Shown here piece by piece: positions 1 through 9,116 of a stretch of 64,000 bases of DNA. Every line of letters begins with the position of its first letter. Within the stretch, counting starts at the first letter, position 1. The DNA is from a virus. The notes under the pieces are model-generated. The model did not search any database and had not been told where the DNA came from. It saw only the letters and a program-made list of their open reading frames with translations. A program made the position numbers and the translations under genes. Where the stretch lies: IMG/VR virus record IMGVR_UViG_3300047491_001293, positions 1 through 64,000 of that record. One strand, written 5' to 3'.

Positions 1-262
1 GGAACGCATCCTTGTCCTTATCAAATATGTGGTCATACTTGATTGCCACCCACTTGTACTCATCGCCCGGAATACCTGGAGTAATCTGAATTCTCTCTCG
101 CTCAATGATTGGACCGCCATACGACCATTCGGCTGAAAAGTCCCAAATGGCTATCAGGTCCAGGACTGTCAGTTCAGAGGACATATCCAACCTACTCGCC
201 TCGCACTTCGCCACCACCCAATTAAGAACAACACTTGACAATTCACTTGTTTTCATCTTCAT
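1..262 (-). CDS. NinX/DUF2591-like phage protein (runs off window start)
   Basis: Manual translation MKMKTSELSSVVLNWVVAKCE...FSAEWSYGGPIIERERI matches the NinX pattern (KTSEL..LDWAVAK..STDW..GGPIIE.E.I); AAAGGAG SD upstream; not in ORF track. Confidence 0.75.
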   Translation of the reverse strand, partial: MKMKTSELSSVVLNWVVAKCEASRLDMSSELTVLDLIAIWDFSAEWSYGGPIIERERIQITPGIPGDEYKWVAIKYDHIFDKDKDAF

Positions 263-415
263 AGCAAAACTCCTTTAAATTGTTCGTTACACCCACAATA
301 TTCACTTGTGCCCCAAAAAAATCCATTACAGGTTATTCGCCTGGTTGCCATAATGTTTTCACTATATTGATGTTTTTTTGAAACCAGGTTATTACATGTA
401 CAAAAGTACACCAAG

Positions 416-524
416 ATGTAGTACACTCAGCCTGACATGTAGTACACTCAAGCTGAAATGTAGTACACTCAAGCTGAAATGTAGTACACTCAAGTTTCTT
501 AAAGAGAAATGCAGTACACTAACG
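416..524. repeat. 21-bp tandem iteron-like repeat (ATGTAGTACACTCAAGCTGAA), 4 tandem copies plus 1 degenerate
   Basis: Units start at 416, 437, 458, 479; degenerate copy at 509; intergenic, AT-rich flanks. Confidence 0.9.
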
Positions 525-840
525 CCAAGGATCATCCCGAAATTGATTTTAAGATCATAGTACACACAAACAAACCATCCAGGCGCATAATTTTATGCGC
601 CCATCGCATAATACCGCTAATAGTGAACACAATTACACTAAACCTGGTGCTTTTTTCTTACCTAATATGCCAAAGTCCGATAACATAAGTTATGTTTCTT
701 TAAAATTACTGTACAATTGTTCACTTAACACCCATTTTTACACCCTTCACAACCACAAGCCCACCCAATGCCCCTAAAATCGCATTACACGGGACTTCTT
801 TGGCAATGGCCTTCGGCCTGAATGCACAAAAATGTCCCCT

Positions 841-1020
841 CTAATCGCAATTTGAGGGCATAAGAAGGGCAAGAATGATGTACAACAGCACACCAATGCC
901 AAAATGTAGGAACGCAATCACAAAAACCAGGCGAATCCAGAACGGATCACACCCAAAGTGCCTGCCAATACCACTGCACACACCCGCCAAGGTTGCCCTG
1001 CTCTTATCCTTGCACAACAT
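841..1020 (-). CDS. pspC: PspC-domain membrane protein (59 aa)
   Basis: Manual translation MLCKDKSRATLAGVCSGIGRHFGCDPFWIRLVFVIAFLHFGIGVLLYIILALLMPSNCD shows the PspC signature AGVC.G...FG.DP..IRL.F...LLYII...MP; AGGGGG SD; below track cutoff. Confidence 0.85.
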   Translation of the reverse strand: MLCKDKSRATLAGVCSGIGRHFGCDPFWIRLVFVIAFLHFGIGVLLYIILALLMPSNCD

Positions 1021-1057
1021 TCATCCCCCTAAGTAGATATAAAATACTTTCTTTGTC

Positions 1058-1411
1058 TTAAATTTGCGGATCCGGCTTCCTCACCACCAGGTTGCACACC
1101 AAGTGACGCTCCCCAGACGGCGCAATCACAGTCACAGTCGCCGTCGCACCAACAGGATCAACACCATCAACACGCCAATTCGCACTCCCAAGAAGGAAAC
1201 TCCTCGGGTAGGCCCTCTCTATGCGCCTGTACACACCATTCCTGATGCCCCTCTCAAGCGTCAATGCGTTCACGGGACTCCTCAGGTCGTTTATCCTGAG
1301 CTTCTCCCCAGTCGCAACCACCTCCACAAAGTCCTGGTCGATGTCACTCGGCAGCAAAGCCAGGAAAGCCTCACGGCTCGACACCATCCACGGCTGGTAA
1401 TTATCATGCAC
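1058..1411 (-). CDS. hypothetical protein
   Basis: 117-aa ORF, AGGGGTG SD-like site upstream, co-oriented with pspC. Confidence 0.6.
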   Translation of the reverse strand: MHDNYQPWMVSSREAFLALLPSDIDQDFVEVVATGEKLRINDLRSPVNALTLERGIRNGVYRRIERAYPRSFLLGSANWRVDGVDPVGATATVTVIAPSGERHLVCNLVVRKPDPQI

Positions 1412-2350
1412 AACATCACCCCCTTGTCCTATCGCCTATGTATGCAACCCATGGCGCCTTTTGCACACCCTTCCGCACCCTGCAATCGACCCATAATTGC
1501 GCACTTCATAGGTAGGAAATGTCTGCAAAAATGGTGGCGCCCCAAATGGCCTGGGATTTGGCCATCCGGCGCCTCGAGGGGCAATGGGTGGGCGGCTAAA
1601 CACCTGTATACCTGTTTTTCAAATGGAGTTCACATGACTGGGACTTGGTTTCGATGGGAAAAACACGGGGCAAATACATGGATTCACACATTGATCCAGA
1701 AAACAACACAAAATTATGGGCGGTTTCACACTATTTCCCAGCAATTCACGCACCCCCTTTGCCACCCTTGGCCAACCCACAGCCCATTTGATCGAAACCA
1801 GGCCTAATAACAGCCACCCTTGGCTTCACAGACTTGCGCCCATGCACATGCCCCCATAATGGAGAGCTTCACAGCCCCAGGGATGGTTCACAATATGGCA
1901 TTTGAATTTGCCTTGGGGGTGCTGCACAAAAAGAAACGGGATTTCACATTAGGTGCTTCACAGTGGCTGCACACGGAAAAAGGGTGACTATCACGGGACT
2001 ATGCACGGATGGGTTCACAATCACCGTCACAATAGCCTCACGGAAGCTGTGAGTTGTCTGTGGGTTTGCTTCACACTTTGCCCCACAAGTTGGATCAATG
2101 GACAACAAGCCATAGCATGTGCTTCACAGTCTGCCTCACATGGCTTGTGTAAGCGCTTCACAGTCTGCCTCACATGGCTTGTGTAGGTGCTTCACAGTCT
2201 GCCTCACATGGTTTGCGATGATGCTTCACAGTTTGCTTCACATGGCTTGTGTAGGTGCTTCACAGTTTGCTTCACAGTTTGCTTCACATGGCTTGTGTAG
2301 GTGCTTCACAGTTTGTCCGGCAAATGTGAGATTGCGCAGATAGATAGGTC
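1412..2350. other. putative replication origin region
   Basis: About 940 bp without a convincing gene; at least 10 dispersed plus-strand TTCACA motifs plus a tandem array; C>G switches to G>C near 1860. Confidence 0.55.
2121..2316. repeat. 34-bp tandem repeat (GCTTCACAGTCTGCCTCACATGGCTTGTGTAGGT), about 5.5 copies
   Basis: Units at 2121, 2155, 2189, 2223, 2257 (with a 12-bp internal duplication), partial at 2303; no unique spacers. Confidence 0.9.
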
Positions 2351-2842
2351 ATGAAAACATTCAAACAGTTCATGGAGGATGAGGAGAGAAAGCTGGTGGT
2401 CCAGGGTGTTCTGGTCGAAGACATGCAGGACAAGCTCCGAAGACTACTTAGCCAGATAGCCTCAGCGACAACGGCAGCTGGAGTGGTGTCACTGAGCCAA
2501 TCTGCTGGAATAGACCTTGACCAGCTAGACCAAATGGGGATTGGCATAGGCGAAATCATGGAGTTCCTCAAGAGGGCAAGGTTGACGGTTGATCAATTCA
2601 AGATACTGAGCTCCTTGAGGGATGATCTTAAGCTGCGACTCAGAGACCAATGCTTCTCAGACCTTTCAAAGTTCAAAGGCACGACCAGATGGCTGGATGA
2701 AAAGGGAAAGAGCATAGATGCCTGCAAAAAGTATTGCGACATGACCAAGGATGAAAAAGCGTGTAGCAAGTCTGGGAGCACGGTATACAACTTTGGAAGA
2801 TACAAGAGGGTTGCAAGGAACCCATTCGCAAGAAGGTATTAG
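2351..2842 (+). CDS. hypothetical protein with capsid-targeting-like N-terminus (MKTFKQFMEDE)
   Basis: 163-aa ORF; TAGATA-N4-ATG upstream. Confidence 0.75.
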   Translation: MKTFKQFMEDEERKLVVQGVLVEDMQDKLRRLLSQIASATTAAGVVSLSQSAGIDLDQLDQMGIGIGEIMEFLKRARLTVDQFKILSSLRDDLKLRLRDQCFSDLSKFKGTTRWLDEKGKSIDACKKYCDMTKDEKACSKSGSTVYNFGRYKRVARNPFARRY

Positions 2843-2863
2843 CATTAATGCAACCTTTCCAGA

Positions 2864-3041
2864 GAACACATCAAATTGGGCCTCACGCTGGCTGTGAAGG
2901 ATCTCCTAATATATCTCTATTAGGACTTTCTTCACATAATTTGATGGTTCCATCCTCTGAACCAGAGGTAGAGGTGGCGGTAAGCACTACCCGAAGGGTG
3001 GAATCATCAGCTGGTCCACACCTTAAGTGACGGCATGTGGC
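2864..3041 (+). ncRNA. candidate structured RNA (unknown class)
   Basis: Multiple stems by eye: 2864-2877/2938-2950, 2881-2900 hairpin, TCCTAATA/TATTAGGA 2904-2925, CCTCTG/CAGAGG 2954-2968, 2942-2953/2998-3009; G-U wobbles favour the + strand. Confidence 0.4.
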
Positions 3042-3149
3042 CATTGTTGGGCATGGTAAAAAAAAGTTTTTTTAGAATTACAGTAAACTTTCCCCTTCTC
3101 GGGCGAATAAGAATGTGTGATTTGTAAGAAATGACCCAAGGAGTTCCCC

Positions 3150-3620
3150 ATGAGCGAGCCAACTGACTGCCCATCTTGTCCATTCTGCGCCTTCCTCCAG
3201 AGGTTCATCCATGAATTTGAGTTCTGTGGCTTTTACGACACATTCTCCGTGGACGAGAACAACTATTACTGCTTGGATCCAGTCAAGTACCTTTCCGAGG
3301 AGATTGGGGTGTTGCCGACCATCGAAAGCATAGTTGCGGTGCAAAATTACAACCAGTTGCTGATGTGCCATGAGCTGCTGACATGCCATCTGAGGCATGA
3401 CCACAATTACGAATTCCCAGTGGTCTGGATCTGGCGCTTCTCGTCAGACTGGAAGCTTAGGTTGAAGTATTTCCTTGGGGAGATGGAGCTTTTGATGCCG
3501 AGCGTGCATTGCGTGGACAGTGATCTCATCCATATCAACTACGAAAGGTCAAATATAGCCGACTGCAACTACTACATCGAGCCGATAAACCAGGTTGCGG
3601 CAAACTGCGTGATGGTCTGA
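3150..3620 (+). CDS. hypothetical protein
   Basis: 156-aa ORF with AAGGAG SD. Confidence 0.7.
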   Translation: MSEPTDCPSCPFCAFLQRFIHEFEFCGFYDTFSVDENNYYCLDPVKYLSEEIGVLPTIESIVAVQNYNQLLMCHELLTCHLRHDHNYEFPVVWIWRFSSDWKLRLKYFLGEMELLMPSVHCVDSDLIHINYERSNIADCNYYIEPINQVAANCVMV

Positions 3621-3916
3621 GATGGATTCCGCTATACTTCTGGCGGTTTTGGGGTAGGATGCTGCGTGATCCAAGAGGCAAGGAGCATTTATGTGGAATC
3701 TGGCCAACGAGCAGAAGTTCATCAAGGGTCCATTGGCGGAGCTGCTGGTGGAGTCCGCCCACCTGCGACTCAAGCGGATGGTACTCCCAGAGTCTCGGCA
3801 CTTACACATTTTATGGTAAGCCAGCTAAATATTGGGTCGATGAAATTGAATATATAAGTAAGAAGTAGTTGTATCCCATAAGGGTAAAAACCTTATAAAT
3901 CTCCGAGGAATTTGCA

Positions 3917-4285
3917 ATGTTTGTATTTACGGACAATGAACTAAAGAACTGGAAAAAGGAATGCAAGACCAAGATCCGTGAGCTAAAGAGCGAAATTCTT
4001 AAGCTAAGGCATAGGATCATGGAAATACATAGTCAGGAGAGACTGAGAAAGGAAAACAAGCTGACTAGGCGTAATTTGACGCAAGTCTGTAAGAAGTATG
4101 GACTTACGCTAGCCCATGATAGGCAAAGAGATACATACATGGTGGGCATAAGTGATAAGAATATAGCCAAGCATTTTGGTGGGGTTAATCCCCTTACTGA
4201 TATGCTAAGTATCTACTACGACCCCCATATACTACTAAAAGACATAGAGGACAAGGTACTACCACTAGTGTCTAAGAATGTATAG
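3917..4285 (+). CDS. hypothetical protein
   Basis: 122-aa ORF with GAGGA SD; AT-richer than neighbours. Confidence 0.65.
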   Translation: MFVFTDNELKNWKKECKTKIRELKSEILKLRHRIMEIHSQERLRKENKLTRRNLTQVCKKYGLTLAHDRQRDTYMVGISDKNIAKHFGGVNPLTDMLSIYYDPHILLKDIEDKVLPLVSKNV

Positions 4286-4816
4286 TTGGCAGGACGCAGA
4301 ATGTATAGAAATACGCAGTTTTGATGCAAAAATAGCGTAAATATTTGAATAATCGAGTGTTTTTAATTGATTTAACTTGTTATCTGACAAGGATGGGCCG
4401 ATGTAGAATGGCTTGCCGTTGTTCCAATCTGGGCTGTCGGTGAAGTATCCCTTTGGCTGGTAGGTGGCCTTGAGCCCCTGGATTGGGGTGATGAGTGGGT
4501 TCTCGAATGTGTTTGGGAAGCCGAACTGCCTTGCGGTGAAGTCAATTGCGTCATTGTTGACGACTGGCATGATGTGTGCGTCGCCTTGGCCGCCCTTGCC
4601 GCCCATTTCTGGGTGTTTCTTGATCATTTCCGGGCTTGGCGGCACAAGCAGCAGCACCCTTGCCTTGATGCCGTTCTGTCCTGCCCAGTTGATGAATGCC
4701 CTTGTGACGGTCTTGCAGTCCATGTGTGCGACCCTCTTGCCGGCATCGCTGGAAAGGAAGTTGGAGACGGCACTCTGGGTCTCCATGCCCTGCAGGAATT
4801 CCATGAATGTTATCAT
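4265..4816 (-). CDS. transglutaminase/papain-fold protein with capsid-targeting-like N-terminus
   Basis: MITFMEFLQGME tag; candidate triad DC(KTVT)...H(IMPVV)...ID(FTARQF). Confidence 0.6.
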   Translation of the reverse strand: MITFMEFLQGMETQSAVSNFLSSDAGKRVAHMDCKTVTRAFINWAGQNGIKARVLLLVPPSPEMIKKHPEMGGKGGQGDAHIMPVVNNDAIDFTARQFGFPNTFENPLITPIQGLKATYQPKGYFTDSPDWNNGKPFYIGPSLSDNKLNQLKTLDYSNIYAIFASKLRISIHSASCQLYILRH

Positions 4817-6417
4817 TTCTGTTCCTTTCCCAGTAAATCTTGGATTCTTTTGACTAAAGTTTTGAAGTTCATTCGCCCCATGGCCTTGGCAAGTTTGATG
4901 GCCTTGGTGCGGGTGTCCCAGATGCTAACATCCATGAAGGTTCTCCCGTTGTGCTCACTGACTGTGAATAGGCCACTGTCAAGCAACATCTTGAGGGTTA
5001 TGTCACTGAGCTTCTCCTTGGGAATCTCAGATCCTCTCAAGCGGGAAAACATGTCCAAGTTTTTCTCGATCAGCTTGACATTTTGTGCCCAGTAAGAGTC
5101 CCTCAGTATGTTCCTAACCTTTTCATCGGTGATATCTGGTTCAAGTATTGTGGCAATGTTGTACCCACGATCCTCCGACTTCTCGCCTATGACACCGGCA
5201 TCCAAGAGGGCGATGTATTCTGGACTGTCGCTGTATGGGGTTTGGCCATCCTTGAGCATTTTGGTGATTGGGTGTTCGGTCATGGGGACATCCTCGAACT
5301 TGACCCACCTCTTGGAACCTTCTATGTCCTTGCGCATTACCCATGGCTGTATTCTGCCTGGTTGTATTCTGCCACGATAGGCAAGGGTCGAGGATATGTC
5401 AACCGATGCTTGGGCGGTTGGAACCTTAGTGTCCTCATCGGGTGCCAGTTTATCGGGATCCAATCCAGTGGTATCAATCCGAATGATAAGTGGTTCTCCG
5501 CCATGTTTTTTTGCTGCTTGGATGGCCGCCTCACGAGTGGCTGCGTCTGGGTCTGTGGCAAGGTAAACAAGGTCGTCGTGGCTGAGAGCATAGACATTGG
5601 TCGAGCCATATGATCCTGAGGATCCCGTGACACTCCTTGGCTGTAGTCCCTTCTGCTTGATCCCATCATACCAAAGGTTTGTCGATGTGCCGTGGTAGAA
5701 GTGCTTGGGCATCTTGTTGGCAAGTCGGATTTCGGGCCTGCTCATCCAGTATGCCACGGTTCTGTGTTTATTCTTCGCCCCCTTCATGTGGCCTGCTTGG
5801 AAGTAATGCTCCACGGAGTAGCTGTCTATGTCGGTGTACTTGCTCCTGAGGGCATTAATGATCTGACGGAATTCCTTGGATTGTGGGCTGAGCTTTTGTA
5901 GTTGGATGGTTTTCCAACCCAAGACAAAGTGTGGCTTATTGGTCTTATAGTCGTAAGGAACGACATTGCCTTTGTTGTCCAAGGTCAGATGGATGTTTCG
6001 ATTGATATATGGACGACCGTCATCAGTCTTGTACTTTTCAAGGCTGGTGACCTTTGGATCAAGGATTGCCTCCTTGATTTGTAGCCACTCCTTGAACCTC
6101 CAGTACATAGTTTTTGCGGTTGGTGATGACAGGGTGTAGTCCATGTGTCGTCCCTTGTTGTGCACAAAGTCATTCTTGCGATAGAATCGCTCAAGTGCAC
6201 CCTTCTTGCCGGATTCATGCTCTGGACTGAGGACGATTGGCTTGCCAACCTTGGCTGCGTAATCTTTGATCATGCGGATTATATCGGTTCCGACCCCGGC
6301 ATTGCGCTTGTCTGGCTGGACATTGATCTTCCTCAACTCGATGCGGTCTTTGGACTCATGCGCCTCAACCTCGGCTGACTTGTGTTTGGAACGGATCTGG
6401 TCAAGAACTTCTTCCAT
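4813..6417 (-). CDS. GNAT-like plus ADP-ribosyltransferase/Tpt1-like fusion protein
   Basis: N-term INVQPDKRNAGVGT...LERFYRKNDF (GNAT); central FYHGTS..IKQKGLQP..VYLAT..LIIRID..YRGRIQPGRI (ART/KptA fold); internal RFKEWLQIKE tag. Confidence 0.7.
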   Translation of the reverse strand: MEEVLDQIRSKHKSAEVEAHESKDRIELRKINVQPDKRNAGVGTDIIRMIKDYAAKVGKPIVLSPEHESGKKGALERFYRKNDFVHNKGRHMDYTLSSPTAKTMYWRFKEWLQIKEAILDPKVTSLEKYKTDDGRPYINRNIHLTLDNKGNVVPYDYKTNKPHFVLGWKTIQLQKLSPQSKEFRQIINALRSKYTDIDSYSVEHYFQAGHMKGAKNKHRTVAYWMSRPEIRLANKMPKHFYHGTSTNLWYDGIKQKGLQPRSVTGSSGSYGSTNVYALSHDDLVYLATDPDAATREAAIQAAKKHGGEPLIIRIDTTGLDPDKLAPDEDTKVPTAQASVDISSTLAYRGRIQPGRIQPWVMRKDIEGSKRWVKFEDVPMTEHPITKMLKDGQTPYSDSPEYIALLDAGVIGEKSEDRGYNIATILEPDITDEKVRNILRDSYWAQNVKLIEKNLDMFSRLRGSEIPKEKLSDITLKMLLDSGLFTVSEHNGRTFMDVSIWDTRTKAIKLAKAMGRMNFKTLVKRIQDLLGKEQK

Positions 6418-6418
6418 G

Positions 6419-7210
6419 TTATGATCTCTTGTACCTGTAGGTTATGTAGGCGCTTGCGTCGAAGTTGTCATTCCATATCAGCGCATTGACACTCTCCCGT
6501 GTCCTCTCGATTGTGGCCTCGAATGGGATGAACTCCAGGGCCTTTTCCTCGAGGTCCTTGGCCATCTCATGGAGCATGTACTTCGTGTACTTGTCGAATG
6601 TGGGCTTGTCCTTCTCCCAGCCCCTCTGCAGTGGGAAGTACTCTGGGTCGAGCTTCTTGCCATCTGGCCTCTCTGGGTGGTAGTGCTTGTAGTACTCTAC
6701 ATTCTGGCCAAGCATTGATGCCTTGATGTGGTACCACACATAGTCGGACATGTCGCCCTTGTCAAGGGTGTGCCAGAGCTCATCTGGCCTTACGCCAAGT
6801 GGCTTCCAGAGGTCGCTTCCTGACATCTTCAGCGTTGCGTGGATCCTCTCATCGATGGTCTCAACCGGGAGCTTCCACTCGACGCTGATGACAATCTCGC
6901 CTGTTGGGGCGAAGCTGGGATCATCGACCTCCTCATCGGGCAGGTGCTCCTTGAGGTCAATTTCCGGCTTGGTCTTGAATATCATCTCGAATATCTTGTT
7001 CTTTATCTTCCTTGCGAATGGGCTTGTGTTGCACCATTCCGTGAGCTGCCTGTCAAACCTTGACAGCTTGTCCCACTCCCACTCCCCATCGTCATCGCCG
7101 CCACCGCCGTCCCCGGTGTCTATGTCATCGATGCCGCCGCCGCCGGACTTGAGGGTTGGCGTGCCGGCCTTGGTGGCCATGCTCTCCAGGAATTCCTTGA
7201 ATGTGATCAT
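6419..7210 (-). CDS. hypothetical protein with capsid-targeting-like N-terminus (MITFKEFLES) and Gly/Asp linker
   Basis: Start re-called to ATG 7210 behind TAGATA box at 7216-7221. Confidence 0.7.
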   Translation of the reverse strand: MITFKEFLESMATKAGTPTLKSGGGGIDDIDTGDGGGGDDDGEWEWDKLSRFDRQLTEWCNTSPFARKIKNKIFEMIFKTKPEIDLKEHLPDEEVDDPSFAPTGEIVISVEWKLPVETIDERIHATLKMSGSDLWKPLGVRPDELWHTLDKGDMSDYVWYHIKASMLGQNVEYYKHYHPERPDGKKLDPEYFPLQRGWEKDKPTFDKYTKYMLHEMAKDLEEKALEFIPFEATIERTRESVNALIWNDNFDASAYITYRYKRS

Positions 7211-7241
7211 GCTTTTATCTATGGTGAAATCTAGATAATCC
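7211..7241. promoter_or_regulatory. back-to-back late-promoter-like TAGATA boxes
   Basis: TAGATA on - (7216-7221) and + (7232-7237), 5 and 4 nt before the divergent ATGs. Confidence 0.6.
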
Positions 7242-7724
7242 ATGGCGAACATCATTGGTTTTTTTGAGTGGCTTGGTCGCAGGGATGGAGCTCTTCCGCC
7301 CTTGCCTGGTGAGCATCCGATTCCGTCTGGCCATGTGAGGTTGTACCATCAGACCGATCCATCGAATGTGGATTCCATACTTGCGCATGGCTTGGGGAAA
7401 TCGCACTCAAAAGGTGCCAATTTTGATGAGCCATCCGTCATATGGGCTGGCAGGGAGCCGTTCTATGGTGGCGTCTATGGCGATGGTGTCGCAACGGTGG
7501 AGTTTTCGGTTCCGAAGATCCAGTTTGATGCGCCCGACAAGCTCCGTGTTGACACGGTGCCTCCTGAGTCCATCATTGCGGTGCACCTGAACTGGCATGG
7601 GATAGCCCGCCAGTTGATTAGGGACTACCCCGATGATGCCGATTATGTCCGTGGCTTTGCGGACATAGACAACGACCACAGGATGGCGGTCGATGCGTAT
7701 CTGAGGCACATGGGCAAGGCTTGA
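7242..7724 (+). CDS. ADP-ribosyltransferase/Tpt1-like protein
   Basis: RLYHQT..VDSILAHGL..VIWA..TVEF..VPPESI; N-term GFFEWL tag. Confidence 0.55.
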   Translation: MANIIGFFEWLGRRDGALPPLPGEHPIPSGHVRLYHQTDPSNVDSILAHGLGKSHSKGANFDEPSVIWAGREPFYGGVYGDGVATVEFSVPKIQFDAPDKLRVDTVPPESIIAVHLNWHGIARQLIRDYPDDADYVRGFADIDNDHRMAVDAYLRHMGKA

Positions 7725-7997
7725 TTACTTTACTCTTATCACCGAGTCTGTTTCATTTCTCCACTCGTCGCCGACCTCGGCATGTGGTGCCCAGTCCGCC
7801 AGGGTTTTGCCATCATAGTCTGTGTCGTCCGAGAATGAGTTGATGGACAAGAGGTCGCTTAGGCTTCGTTTGGTGGAATAGCCACGGCCTGTCTTGTCCC
7901 TGACCTTGAACATCCTTGAGTTGCCGCTCATCTGGCCAATAACGCTCTCCATCCACTTCTGGTCGCTGATTGGATTCTGGTCTGTGTAGTGTGACAT
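7725..7997 (-). CDS. MSHYT-leader family protein 1
   Basis: Shares 22-aa N-terminus with 8032..8427 and 9108..9491; AAGGAG SD. Confidence 0.8.
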   Translation of the reverse strand: MSHYTDQNPISDQKWMESVIGQMSGNSRMFKVRDKTGRGYSTKRSLSDLLSINSFSDDTDYDGKTLADWAPHAEVGDEWRNETDSVIRVK

Positions 7998-8031
7998 GAT
8001 ATCTCCTTTATGGTTAATCTGGTGTTACTGT

Positions 8032-8427
8032 TTATTCGTAGCCTGGTGGCAGTGGTGGAAGCTGGCCCTTGGGTACGACTGGGTGGTTGTATGGGTTTTC
8101 TGGGTCTTGTTGGCTTTGTTTGGCGCTTGCCGATATCTCTTTATAAAGACCAACAATTTTGCTTCTTGCTTGCGCTGATGTTTTTGGGGCCAGCTTGGCG
8201 AGCATGATGCTGAGCTGGTTCAGGAAGTTCTGCATCCCGGCATGGTCATCTGGCTGGAAGGCATATGCTGTGTAGGCAAGAACCTCCTTCAGCTTGTCAT
8301 GGAACCTCAACTTTGCGTCAAGAATTTCCTCGCCGACACCCTCATTGACCCTTAGGCTTATCTGTCCAAGCAGGCTCTCCATCCACTTATGGTCGCTGAT
8401 CGGCTTCTGGTTTGTGTAGTGTGACAT
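8032..8427 (-). CDS. MSHYT-leader family protein 2
   Basis: Shared N-terminus; TAGATA box and AAAGGA SD upstream. Confidence 0.8.
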   Translation of the reverse strand: MSHYTNQKPISDHKWMESLLGQISLRVNEGVGEEILDAKLRFHDKLKEVLAYTAYAFQPDDHAGMQNFLNQLSIMLAKLAPKTSAQARSKIVGLYKEISASAKQSQQDPENPYNHPVVPKGQLPPLPPGYE

Positions 8428-8483
8428 GCGTTCCTTTCGGTTGTTTACCTATCTAGTGTGACACTTGATATTTTGGGGGTTTT

Positions 8484-9116
8484 ATGATGTCAGTGGTGGT
8501 GCCATACAGGGGAAGGCCGAGCCACCTCGAGAGTTTCCTTGTGGAGATCCAGGCCAAGGGTGGCGTGCCGCTTGCGGTCATGGTCGTGGAGCAGTACGGG
8601 TCTGGCCTGTTCAACAAGGGCAGGCTGTGCAACATCGGCTTCGACATGACAAGGGGTTCGGCGGACTACTTCTGCTTCCACGATGTTGACATGATGCCGG
8701 TGGATGTTGACTACTCGATGCCGGGCTGCGTGATGCACCTTGCCACCAGGGCGTCGCAGTTCTCGTACAAGATGCCTGGGGCGAACTACTTTGGTGGCGT
8801 GAACCTGTTCAGGCGTTGTGACTTCGAGGCTGTGAACGGCTTCAGCAATGGCTATCTTGGATGGGGATGCGAGGATGATGACCTGCGCAAGCGTGTTCTG
8901 CGGCATGGGCTTGTTGTTGGGTCACGGGAGTGTGTGTTTGAGTGCCTCCCCCATGACAGGACAAGGGACGAGGATGCGTACAGGAGGAACTATGAGAGAC
9001 TGTGTCGTGATTATGACTACTCAGCCGATGGTCTGTCATCGCTACGCTATAAGGTTCTTGAAATTAAAGATATCAATGGGTATGCAAAGCTGGCTCTAGT
9101 TGATGGTTTAGACTGA
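8484..9116 (+). CDS. GT7 beta-1,4-galactosyltransferase-like glycosyltransferase
   Basis: VPYR.R, FNKGRLCNIG, FHDVD, YFGGV, GWGCEDDD motifs. Confidence 0.9.
   Translation: MMSVVVPYRGRPSHLESFLVEIQAKGGVPLAVMVVEQYGSGLFNKGRLCNIGFDMTRGSADYFCFHDVDMMPVDVDYSMPGCVMHLATRASQFSYKMPGANYFGGVNLFRRCDFEAVNGFSNGYLGWGCEDDDLRKRVLRHGLVVGSRECVFECLPHDRTRDEDAYRRNYERLCRDYDYSADGLSSLRYKVLEIKDINGYAKLALVDGLD

Noticed and set aside
378-560. 60-aa ORF with CSTLKLK repeats
   Set aside because: Simply the translation of the 21-bp DNA repeat; TTG start and no clear SD
2121-2316. 34-bp repeats as a CRISPR array
   Set aside because: Units are directly tandem with no unique spacers; no cas genes in the window
1064-2343. Plus-strand ORFs 1064..1807, 1953..2186, 2119..2343
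   Set aside because: Shadow of a minus-strand gene or repeat-derived; composition reflects skew, no SD
2900-3020. Hammerhead ribozyme (CTGATGA and GAAA on minus strand)
   Set aside because: Stems I and III cannot be formed properly around the core, and CTGATGA lies in a stem that favours the plus strand
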